Shown: positions 18,208 through 26,135 of the stretch, one piece after another
How the letters are laid out: the number at the start of each line of letters is the position of its first letter
Position numbering within the stretch: position 1 is the first letter of the stretch
NCBI GenBank assembly: GCA_040770465.1
Contig: JAXGJB010000016.1
Span: 1-47,423 of the forward strand
Reading direction: 5' to 3'
Source of the DNA: Methanothrix sp.
GTDB lineage: Archaea; Halobacteriota; Methanosarcinia; Methanotrichales; Methanotrichaceae
Length of the DNA stretch: 47,423 bases
The notes under the pieces: generated by a model
Database searches by the model: none
Told to the model about the DNA's origin: nothing
The model's input: only the letters and a program-made list of their open reading frames with translations
Translations under genes and position numbers: made by a program

Positions 18208-18780
18208 TCATCCGAAATGCTTCTCGAATATCCCCGGTATCTCCTGGGGCCGCTCCAGCATGGTGACCCCTTTCATAGAAGCCAGCTTTTTGACGTGCTC
18301 GACGTCCTCTTTTCTTATGACCAGCTTCAGGTCCCTTCCGTCGGGGAGCTTTGTGGTGACCTCTCCCTCCTTGAAGTCGGAGGGCATGATGTAGAGGGGG
18401 AGGAGGACCTTCTGGCTCATGATGGCGGCGTTGGTGAGCATGGTGTCTGCGATCCGCAGGGATATCTTGGCTACGGTGTTGGAGGTGGCGGGGGCGATCA
18501 GCATGAACTCGAACCTCCCCATCTGGACCTGCCCCGCCAGGAAGGGGGCGTTGGCGTTCGCCTCGACCCAGATCTTGTCGAACTCCTGCTCCAGCTCCGG
18601 AAATAGCTTGTAGTACTTCACCACCTGGTCCCCGGCCTTGGAGATGTAGACCCTGATCTCGACCTCGTCGTCGTACTTTCGCCTCATCTCCTTCATCACC
18701 TCTGCCGTCTCCCGGATCCGATCACCGCTGCCGGTGATACCCCATACCACCTTCTTTTTCCTGGCCTTCGTCTCGATCAT
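18208..18780 (-). CDS. afpA: Archaeal flavoprotein AfpA
   Basis: VVWGITGSG, SKAGDQVVKYY, NANAPFLAG, APATSNTVAKI, MPSD. Start moved to the ATG at 18780. Confidence 0.9.
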   Translation of the reverse strand: MIETKARKKKVVWGITGSGDRIRETAEVMKEMRRKYDDEVEIRVYISKAGDQVVKYYKLFPELEQEFDKIWVEANANAPFLAGQVQMGRFEFMLIAPATSNTVAKISLRIADTMLTNAAIMSQKVLLPLYIMPSDFKEGEVTTKLPDGRDLKLVIRKEDVEHVKKLASMKGVTMLERPQEIPGIFEKHFG

Positions 18781-18808
18781 GGCAGCTATTATCCCTCCAC
18801 ACCTTGAT

Positions 18809-19408
18809 TTATTTTTCCTTCCCCCGTCCGGTCCCATTGAGCTGGTCGGAGAACCTCCTGACCGTCTTCCTGAGAGTCCTCCACCCCTCCTCGTCCTCCT
18901 TCACCCCATCCAGAGTGTCCTTCGACCAGAAGGTGGCGCCGAGGTTCGCGCCGAAGGCCCCGCCGCCTACGGGGACGATGCCGCTGAGGACGTAGAATGT
19001 GATGATCTGAGAGATCGCCAGCTCCTGGCCGCCCATGCGATCTCCGCCGACGGCTATCGCCATCCCGATCTTGCCCCTGAAGACGTCGAAGTCGGCGGCT
19101 GCAAGAGCCCGGCACCGGTCCATGGCCGCCTTGGTCTGGGCGCTCAATCCACCGTTGTAGACGGGGGTGGCGAAGACGATCCCGTCCGCCTCTGCCAGGA
19201 GGGGATATAGCTCGTACATATCGTCTTTTATCCTGCACTCCTTGTTTGTCAGGCAGAAGTCGCAGTGGAGGCAGGGGCTTATCCTCTTTCCCCTCACCCC
19301 GAAGAAGGCGGTGGTAAACCCCCTCTCCTCCAGCATTCTGAGGGCCTCTTTCAGGACGTGATCCGTCGCCTTCTCCCGAGGGCTCCCGCATATTCCCACG
19401 ATCTTCAT
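18809..19408 (-). CDS. Iron-sulfur flavoprotein (Isf / flavodoxin-like)
   Basis: GICGSPR, CLHCDFC-x5-C compact Cys motif, ATPVY, GGDRMGGQE; paired with afpA. Confidence 0.9.
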   Translation of the reverse strand: MKIVGICGSPREKATDHVLKEALRMLEERGFTTAFFGVRGKRISPCLHCDFCLTNKECRIKDDMYELYPLLAEADGIVFATPVYNGGLSAQTKAAMDRCRALAAADFDVFRGKIGMAIAVGGDRMGGQELAISQIITFYVLSGIVPVGGGAFGANLGATFWSKDTLDGVKEDEEGWRTLRKTVRRFSDQLNGTGRGKEK

Positions 19409-19516
19409 GGTCGATATATTAAATTCGTATGTGATTTATATTTATCCATGGGATCGGCTTTGAGATCCCCCGGTCGAGGGGAGGAGGTAAATATCTGCTC
19501 GCCGATCTCCGAAAAG

Positions 19517-20899
19517 ATGTGCGAAGCCGAGAGCAAAAGCAGCGTCCTTTTCATAGCCACCGTGGCCGCCTTCCTTCCGGCCTTCATAAACTCGTCTATA
19601 AACGTCGCCCTCCCTCCCATAGGGGTCGAGTTCGGGATGGACGCGGTCCTCCTGGGGTGGGTCGTCACCGCTCACCTCCTGGCCATGGCGGTCTTCATGG
19701 TCCCCCTGGGGAGGGCCGCCGACATCTGGGGGAGGAAGAAGTTCTTCACCCTGGGGATGGCGACCTATACGATCTTCTCCCTATTCTGCGCCTTCCCGCC
19801 GTCTGGATCTGTCCTGATAATCTTGAGGTTCTTCCAGGGGATGGGAAGCTCCATGATCTTCGGGACCGCCGTCGCCCTCCTCACATCCGTATTCCCGCCG
19901 GGAGAGAGGGGGCGGGCTCTTGGGATCAACGTCACCGCCGTCTACCTCGGCCTCTCTCTCGGCCCCTTCCTTGGCGGAGTTCTCACCCAGTATCTCGGAT
20001 GGAGGAGCATATTTCTCGTGAACGTCCCCCTGGGCGCGGCCGTCGTCTTCCTCACCGTCCGAAAGCTGAAGGGGGAGTGGATCGAGGCCGCCGGCGAGAG
20101 GTTCGATTGGCTGGGATCGGCGATCTACGGCCTCGCCCTCGTCTCGACGATCCACGGCCTCACCACCCTCCCATCCGCCTCGGGGGCGGGGTTCCTCGGT
20201 CTGGGCGCAGCGGGGATCGTCACCTTCGGCGTGGTGGAGCTGAGGAGCGATAGCCCCGTCCTCAACGTCCGGCTCTTCCGGGATAACAGGGTATTCGCCC
20301 TATCCAACCTGGCCGCCCTGATCAACTACGGCGCCACCTTCGCCGTCGCCTTCGTCCTCACCCTGTACCTGCAGACGGTGAAGGGCCTCTCCCCTCTTCA
20401 CGCCGGCCTCGTCCTGGTGGCCCAGCCAGCGGTTCAGACGCTCCTCTCCCCCTGGGCGGGGAAGCTCTCCGACAGGATCGAGGCCCAGGTGGTGGCCTCG
20501 GCCGGGATGGGGATCACGGCCGCTGGCCTCTTCCTCCTGGCCGTCGGCCTCGACGGCGAGACGAGGCTGGTCCTCATAGTCGGCATCCTCGCCCTTTTGG
20601 GGGTGGGGTTGGCCCTCTTCTCGTCGCCGAACACCAACGCCATCATGAGCTCCGTCGAGAAGAGGTACTACGGCGTCGCCTCGGGGATGGTGGGGACGAT
20701 GAGGTCGGTGGGGATGATGACCAGCATGGCGATCGCCATGACCGCCATATCGATATTCATGGGACGGGTCCAGGTGACCCCGGAGGTCTACCCACAGTTC
20801 CTTGCGAGCGTTACGGCGATCCTCTCGGTCTTCGTCGTGCTGTGTGTCATAGGGGTCTTCGCGTCCCTCGCGCGGGGGAAGATGAGGACGGGAGGGTGA
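19517..20899 (+). CDS. MFS transporter (DHA2/EmrB-like, about 14 TM)
   Basis: SSINVALP, GRAADIWGRKK motif A, GERGRALG, LGPFLGG, GWRSIFLVNVP. Start moved to the ATG at 19517. Confidence 0.92.
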   Translation: MCEAESKSSVLFIATVAAFLPAFINSSINVALPPIGVEFGMDAVLLGWVVTAHLLAMAVFMVPLGRAADIWGRKKFFTLGMATYTIFSLFCAFPPSGSVLIILRFFQGMGSSMIFGTAVALLTSVFPPGERGRALGINVTAVYLGLSLGPFLGGVLTQYLGWRSIFLVNVPLGAAVVFLTVRKLKGEWIEAAGERFDWLGSAIYGLALVSTIHGLTTLPSASGAGFLGLGAAGIVTFGVVELRSDSPVLNVRLFRDNRVFALSNLAALINYGATFAVAFVLTLYLQTVKGLSPLHAGLVLVAQPAVQTLLSPWAGKLSDRIEAQVVASAGMGITAAGLFLLAVGLDGETRLVLIVGILALLGVGLALFSSPNTNAIMSSVEKRYYGVASGMVGTMRSVGMMTSMAIAMTAISIFMGRVQVTPEVYPQFLASVTAILSVFVVLCVIGVFASLARGKMRTGG

Positions 20900-20910
20900 A
20901 CCCGCCCTTC

Positions 20911-20990
20911 CATAACCCCCATTCCATAAAAAACTTTTATAAAAAGCTTTTATAAAAAATTTCTATAAAAGACATCCATAAGAGGATGCC
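20911..20990. repeat. Degenerate 13-bp tandem array between convergent genes (possible bidirectional terminator)
   Basis: ATAA recurs at 20912, 20926, 20939, 20952, 20965 and 20978; core units are of the form TATAAAAA(G/A)(C/T)TTT. Confidence 0.65.
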
Positions 20991-21003
20991 GTATATTCAG
21001 GCT

Positions 21004-21567
21004 TCAGGCCGCGCCATCGATCTCGTCGATGGCCTCCACCACGCACTGCCACTCGGGGCAGTAATAGATCTGGTCGGAGAACTCTTCGATATCGGTGTCG
21101 TTGATGCTCCAGGGATGGACAAAGAGGATTCCCCGTCGGTCGGGATGGCTCCTGACGAACTCCACGATGTTGAAGTCGAGGTCATCTATCAGCACGTCGG
21201 AGGGGACGTTCTGCTTCGTCCCCGTCCGTGCGCGGTAATAATCTTTAAGGCATGGGAAGTGGGCGTTCAGCCACTCCTTGGTGGCCTCTTCGGCGTTGGG
21301 CCGCCGGGCGGTCACCACAAAAACTTCATGGTGATTTATCTCTTTTACGCCGCGCTGAGAGCCTTCGATCAGCGGCAGGCTCCGGGTGTATTCCGGGTCG
21401 GCAAGAAGCCTCCCGATCTCAGACCAGAGCTCTCCACCCTCGAAGGTCCAGTGGGCGCGATCGACGTCGGTCTTGCAGTACTTCATGCCGTACTCTTTCT
21501 CGATCACTTCCAGGACGGCGCCGACTTGATCGGCCAGAACGCCGTCGATATCCACACCAATCTTCAA
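21004..21567 (-). CDS. HAD-family 5'(3')-nucleotidase (NT5C-like)
   Basis: KIGVDIDGVLAD HAD motif I, VVTAR, K, DVLIDD; GGAGG RBS 8 nt before the TTG start. Confidence 0.85.
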   Translation of the reverse strand: MKIGVDIDGVLADQVGAVLEVIEKEYGMKYCKTDVDRAHWTFEGGELWSEIGRLLADPEYTRSLPLIEGSQRGVKEINHHEVFVVTARRPNAEEATKEWLNAHFPCLKDYYRARTGTKQNVPSDVLIDDLDFNIVEFVRSHPDRRGILFVHPWSINDTDIEEFSDQIYYCPEWQCVVEAIDEIDGAA

Positions 21568-21698
21568 CTCATGCGCCTCCGGTCTTGAGCACCGGGATCA
21601 TCCTTCTGTCCGATCTCCCTCGATCCCCATTCACCAAATAGATTTTGGTTCCTCCTCTCCCGCATCGGCCTGAGACCTGCTCCTCCGGATGGCGGCTT

Positions 21699-21815
21699 CT
21701 ATTTTATGGGCTTCTCTCCTCTGGCCCGCGCTCGTTTGCGCCTCTCTTCCTGCTTCTCCTTCCTCTCTTTCTCCTTGGCGGTGATCTCCTTATTCTTCTT
21801 GAAAAGGCTGACCAT
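21699..21815 (-). CDS. Small basic protein (38 aa, not in ORF track)
   Basis: ATG at 21815 with GAGGGAG upstream: MVSLFKKNKEITAKEKERKEKQEERRKRARARGEKPIK; host-like codon usage. Confidence 0.55.
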   Translation of the reverse strand: MVSLFKKNKEITAKEKERKEKQEERRKRARARGEKPIK

Positions 21816-22223
21816 GGTCTCCCTCGACGTTCATCACGATTGATGAGTATATTCGATCTGATAGTATTAGGTTATTTTCATGCGGATTCGTTCCGATCAA
21901 AGTGAATTCGGTCGGATCAAATCCACCTCAGCGAGCCTGGTCTTTCGCCCATCACAGGGGTGGTAATGTCCGGACCGACTCGTCGAGCCCACCACGTTGG
22001 GCCGAATAGGGAGCGTGGTCAGCCTGCCGCTAGAGTTCACGAAAGTGACGTCATCAAAGGTAGAGCGCTAGGTGTCGACCAAATCTGTGCGCAGTATGAG
22101 TCTCTTCAAATCGCTCGTGTTGGGAAGAAAACGAAAAATGATGAAGATGCTCCTCTGAATAAACTTATAAATAGTGCCAGTATTCTATGATAAACCAATC
22201 TATCCACGCAAACGCAATTACAT

Positions 22224-22712
22224 CTACCGACGTGCTTTAATATCGTATCCCAAGGCAAGGAAAATACCCGAAGCACCCCTCAATTCGCTAATAATCATAT
22301 CTCTTTCCTCTCTTGTTGAATTATCAGCTACATGCTCTAGACTATATGCTGCCATAAGTCTGTCTCCATATTCATAGGCTTCCTCTACAGGCACAAAGTC
22401 TTTGATTGTATCTGGAAGTCGTTCTGCAAATATTCGCAATGATTCGCAACAACCAGAGGGACGGCCAAATTGTTCTATTTCGTCGGCTGCCTGGTTAATC
22501 GTCCTGCTAATATTAAGAAAATACTCGGCAACTTGATTACGGCGATTCGCATGCACTTCTTGCGTTTTTCCCTTATGCGTGAAAATTGACGAAGCCACAC
22601 TCAAAATTGTATCAGCAATAGCTTTACCTGTAATGAAATCCATACTCGCTACACCAGGTTCCATATTTGGCATTTTAATCTTATAAAGTTTCCGAATGCT
22701 TGGGAGTGCCAC
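22224..22712 (-). CDS. Hypothetical helical protein in AT-rich islet downstream of tRNA-Leu
   Basis: 162-aa ORF in AT-rich DNA; the true start may be a later ATG; no family recognised. Confidence 0.6.
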   Translation of the reverse strand: MALPSIRKLYKIKMPNMEPGVASMDFITGKAIADTILSVASSIFTHKGKTQEVHANRRNQVAEYFLNISRTINQAADEIEQFGRPSGCCESLRIFAERLPDTIKDFVPVEEAYEYGDRLMAAYSLEHVADNSTREERDMIISELRGASGIFLALGYDIKARR

Positions 22713-22829
22713 TCAAGCATAATTGAAAACCGTATTGTCTATAATGTCAGAAAATATTTATCAGAATATTAGCCATACTGTTGATCAAATACTTGAGATA
22801 AATCAAAGAATACTATCATTATAGCAAAT

Positions 22830-22915
22830 TGGTGCGGGGGATGGGATTCGAACCCACGAACCTCTGCAGGACAGGGTCCTAAGCCCTGCGCCTTTGACCG
22901 CTTGGCAACCCCCGC
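22830..22915 (-). tRNA. tRNA-Leu (anticodon UAG), CCA encoded
   Basis: GCGGGGG/CCCCCGC acceptor stem, anticodon arm CAGGG-CTTAGGA-CCCTG, long variable arm, GTTCGAATC T-loop, 3' ACCA. Confidence 0.97.
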
Positions 22916-22983
22916 TCTTCAGAATATCATCTTGACGCCGACGCATCACCACGTCGTCGAACTATAAGGCCCTCTCGGACACC

Positions 22984-23892
22984 TCAGACCATCAGCCTCT
23001 CCAGCACCGCCTTGATTGAATGGAGCCGGTTCTCGCTCTGGTCGAGGATCGCGGACTTTGGCCCGTCCATCACATCGTCTGTGATCTCCTGCCCCCGGTG
23101 AGCCGGAAGGCAGTGGAGGACGATGGCGTCCCCGCTGGCGTGGCGCATGAGATCTGCGTTCACCTGGTACCGGCCGAAGGCCGCAAGCCTCTTCTCAGCC
23201 TCCAACTCGTCGCCCATGGAGATCCAGGTGTCGGTCTCGACGACGTCTGCGCCACCGACCGCCTCAACGGGATCGGCGACTACGACGGTTCTTCCACCAA
23301 GACTCTCCGCCTGATCTAATATTTTACGGTCTGGCCAGTACCCCGGCGGCGACGCCACGGCCATCTCCATCCCCATCATCGCCGCTGCCAAGATCGTCGA
23401 GTTGCAGACGTTGTTCCCGTCCCCGACCCAGGCGACCTTCAGCCCTTCAAGGCGGCCGAACCTCTCTCTCATCGTCATCAGGTCCGCCAGGATCTGGCAG
23501 GGGTGCTCGGCGTTCGAGAGGACGTTTATGACCGGAACTGTTGCGTGACGGCCCAGCTCCTCGACTGTTTTGTGATCGTAGACCCGGGCGGCGATCCCGG
23601 AGACGAACCGAGAGAGGACCCGGGCGGTGTCGGCTATAGTCTCGCCCCGGCCGAGCTGGAGGTCCTTGCTGCTGAGGTAGAGGGCGTGCCCCCCGAGGTC
23701 GGTCATCGCCACCTCCAGGGAGACCCTCGTCCTGGTGGAGGGCTTCTCGAATATGGCCGCAAGGCTCTTTCCAGCCAGAATCGATCGGCTGTCGCCGGCG
23801 GGGTCGCCCCTCCTCGCCTTCAATTCGTCCGCCCGGTCCAGGATCGCACCGATCTCGTCGGGGGAGAGGTCAGTTATGGATAGAAGGTTCAT
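22984..23892 (-). CDS. argF: Ornithine carbamoyltransferase
   Basis: FEKPSTRTRVS, HPCQILAD, GDGNNV, TDTWISMG, LHCLPAHRG, ENRLH. Confidence 0.97.
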   Translation of the reverse strand: MNLLSITDLSPDEIGAILDRADELKARRGDPAGDSRSILAGKSLAAIFEKPSTRTRVSLEVAMTDLGGHALYLSSKDLQLGRGETIADTARVLSRFVSGIAARVYDHKTVEELGRHATVPVINVLSNAEHPCQILADLMTMRERFGRLEGLKVAWVGDGNNVCNSTILAAAMMGMEMAVASPPGYWPDRKILDQAESLGGRTVVVADPVEAVGGADVVETDTWISMGDELEAEKRLAAFGRYQVNADLMRHASGDAIVLHCLPAHRGQEITDDVMDGPKSAILDQSENRLHSIKAVLERLMV

Positions 23893-23916
23893 CTCGGCAC
23901 ATCCATGTTGAGCTGG

Positions 23917-24309
23917 TCAGGGCGCCCTTATCCTCTCTCCGATCTCCTCGATCGACGTGACGGCTTCTCCCGACGGAGACACGGCGGCTTCGAACCTCTT
24001 CATCTCCAGGATGCCGCCCTCTCCGGCCTCCCCCGAGAGGAGCTGGGCCGACCAGGGGCTGGCGGGCATGAAGGCGACGCCCGGATGAGGGTCTTCTGAG
24101 ATCTTCGCCGCCACCACCACCCTGCCGGAGCCGGTCTCCACCAGGACGGGCTTACCAGCCTCGACCGCGAGCCCCTTCGCATCGCCGCCGTCCAGGAATA
24201 TGACTGCGCTCTGGTCCCGGTACTCGTCGCTGTACATCCCCAGCGCCTCCTCCACCTCCTGGAAGATCCCCCTGTATGTGATCACCGTCATCTCTCCAGT
24301 TAGGGCCAT
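23917..24309 (-). CDS. fwdD: Formylmethanofuran dehydrogenase subunit D-like (molybdopterin dinucleotide-binding domain), divergent
   Basis: VLVETGSGRVVV and GVAFMPASPWS (canonical FIPxGPWAN); follows fwdB. Confidence 0.78.
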   Translation of the reverse strand: MALTGEMTVITYRGIFQEVEEALGMYSDEYRDQSAVIFLDGGDAKGLAVEAGKPVLVETGSGRVVVAAKISEDPHPGVAFMPASPWSAQLLSGEAGEGGILEMKRFEAAVSPSGEAVTSIEEIGERIRAP

Positions 24310-25530
24310 CTAGACCTCCTCCATTATCATCTCTATGATCTCGGCGTCCGGGAGATGATCCGACTCCACCGGCCCGTCGAAATCCACCTTCACCCCGTCG
24401 GTCCTCAGAGCCGACCCCCCGGCCTCAAGCCCCGCCACGGCCGTAGGGATCGCCACCTTCGCGGCGTCGGTGGTGAGGGTCCGATGAGAGTCCACCGCCA
24501 CCGTCGGGATCGAGGCGAGCTTCTTTGCGAGGGGGGCGGGGAGGACGGCGGCGGGGTCTGAGCCCACCACCATGACCGCATCGCACCCGTCCAGATACTT
24601 CGCTATACCAAACTCGGGGCCGCCGCTGACACCGTCGGCGAAAGAGACGGAGTTGACAAAACCGGTCTCTTCGAAGAGGGTCTGGTTGAAGCCCCGGGTG
24701 TTGTAGTCGCCGAGGCTTGGGATCACCGAAAACCGGGTCAGCTCGTTCAGCTTCGCCACCAGGGACGAGAAAGCCTCGACGTCGCCCTTCCGGGACTGGA
24801 CGAGGCCCTGGCCGGTGAATATCGCTCCGAACTTCGCCTTCCGCAGCTTGGTTCCCAGGTTCAGCATCTTCTTTTTGTCCTCGACCTTGGGGATCTTACC
24901 GCCCAACGTCGCCAGAAGGGCCTCGATGAACGCGGCGTCTCCGCCCGACTGGATCTTGAAGAAACCGTCGGCAGCGATCATGGCCGTCGGCGACTTCCTG
25001 ACGTCGACGACGATCGCCTCCCGATCCTCCTCGTACCCCCTCTGCCTCTTCTCGCCCCGGGGAAAGTAGGAGAACCGTGACATGTGGCGGGGATGGCTGC
25101 TGGAGGGGTCGTCCCCCCAAAAGATGGAGACGTCGGCGAAGTTTCTGACGTCGTCGAAGGTGCAGGTGGGGATCTCCCCTTTCAGGATCTTCTCCGTCAT
25201 CAGCCCCTGAGAGTATGAGGAGGGATCGTCGATGGCGGAGCCGAGCTTCTTTGCGAGATCGACCCCGAGCTTCTGGGCCGCCAGGCTCGACCGCCCCCAG
25301 CCGAAGAGGAGGGGGCGCTCTGCCGCCGACAATATCTCCGCTGCAGCTTTGACGGCTTCTCCGACCACCACCCCGGAGCCTCCGACGGCCGGATTGAGCC
25401 GATCGACGGTGAGGGCGTCGTAGTGGCCCCGCCCCTTTCTGCAGAGGTTCAGAGTCCTTTTGACCTTCCCCCCCTCAAAATCGACCTCGATATCGTCACA
25501 TAAGAGAGAGCAACCTGTACAGAACGCCAT
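24310..25530 (-). CDS. fwdB: Formylmethanofuran dehydrogenase subunit B-like (active-site residues altered)
   Basis: CTGCSLLCDDI...LCRKG [4Fe-4S], PTCTFDDVRNFAD, SHPRHMSRFS, GGSALRTDG. Start moved to the ATG at 25530. Confidence 0.88.
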   Translation of the reverse strand: MAFCTGCSLLCDDIEVDFEGGKVKRTLNLCRKGRGHYDALTVDRLNPAVGGSGVVVGEAVKAAAEILSAAERPLLFGWGRSSLAAQKLGVDLAKKLGSAIDDPSSYSQGLMTEKILKGEIPTCTFDDVRNFADVSIFWGDDPSSSHPRHMSRFSYFPRGEKRQRGYEEDREAIVVDVRKSPTAMIAADGFFKIQSGGDAAFIEALLATLGGKIPKVEDKKKMLNLGTKLRKAKFGAIFTGQGLVQSRKGDVEAFSSLVAKLNELTRFSVIPSLGDYNTRGFNQTLFEETGFVNSVSFADGVSGGPEFGIAKYLDGCDAVMVVGSDPAAVLPAPLAKKLASIPTVAVDSHRTLTTDAAKVAIPTAVAGLEAGGSALRTDGVKVDFDGPVESDHLPDAEIIEMIMEEV

Positions 25531-25539
25531 TATTACCAC

Positions 25540-26007
25540 CTAAATGAACTCGATCGCCTTGCTGGGGCAGGTCACGATGCAGGCGTTGCAGAGGACCTTC
25601 TCCGGACCGAACCGCCTGCACTGATCCACGTTCACACACTTGACTATGCCGTCTTCCACCATCAGGATCGCCTTGCCGCTGACGGGGCCGCGGCCGATCG
25701 CCGTTCCTTTCGGATCGTTTGCCACGTTCACCGGACAGGCGACGACGCAGTTTCCGCACCCGTAGCACTTCTCAGGATGGATCACCATGCCCGTCTCGGT
25801 GGCTTCGGTGCTCAATATCGGGGCCATTAGCTCCCTAAGCCCCGCGAGCTTCTTCTCGTACTTGGGCTCCTCCACCAGAGGCGTGCAGTCCTCGATCGCC
25901 TTCCGCTTTCCCAGAAGCTCGACGGCGAAGGCCATGCAGGTGGGAAGGCCACACTTCTTGCAGTTGGTCTTGGGCAGGAGCTGATATACTTCCATGACGC
26001 TGATCAT
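25540..26007 (-). CDS. fwdG: FwdG-like ferredoxin with N-terminal CdhE-type FeS domain
   Basis: LPKTNCKKCGLPTCMAFA (compare Cdh[19 protein letters not shown]), plus CYGCGNCVVACP and CNACIVTCP. Confidence 0.78.
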   Translation of the reverse strand: MISVMEVYQLLPKTNCKKCGLPTCMAFAVELLGKRKAIEDCTPLVEEPKYEKKLAGLRELMAPILSTEATETGMVIHPEKCYGCGNCVVACPVNVANDPKGTAIGRGPVSGKAILMVEDGIVKCVNVDQCRRFGPEKVLCNACIVTCPSKAIEFI

Positions 26008-26135
26008 TGTGGTGCACCTCGATGAGCGGGATCAGAGGAGACTGAGATCTTCAATTGTATTAAGAATGTTGGCACGGAGTAGAAAAAGCCTGATCTTGCG
26101 CAAACCTTTTCTCGGCCGTGGGCGTAGGTTTGACG

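Noticed and set aside
19265-19516. N-terminal extensions in the ORF track (MFS; also cdhA, cdhB, afpA, cobY, cobD, Lsm)
   Set aside because: They overlap neighbouring genes or promoters; better starts lie at the family-typical N-termini, most with an RBS.
20911-20990. CRISPR array
   Set aside because: The 13-bp period has no unique spacers and no cas genes are present; no repeat-spacer pattern was seen anywhere in the window.
21564-21572. ATG-AGT-TGA mini-ORF overlapping the TTG start of the nucleotidase gene
   Set aside because: GGAGG spacing fits the TTG (8 nt) better than the ATG (3 nt); probably coincidental.
22019-22057. C/D box sRNA on the minus strand (TTGATGA...CTGA)
   Set aside because: Only 28 nt lie between the boxes, with no convincing internal D'/C' pair.
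21570-22829. attL/attR direct repeat of the tRNA-Leu 3' end
   Set aside because: No second copy of the tRNA 3' sequence was found by eye and no integrase is present.
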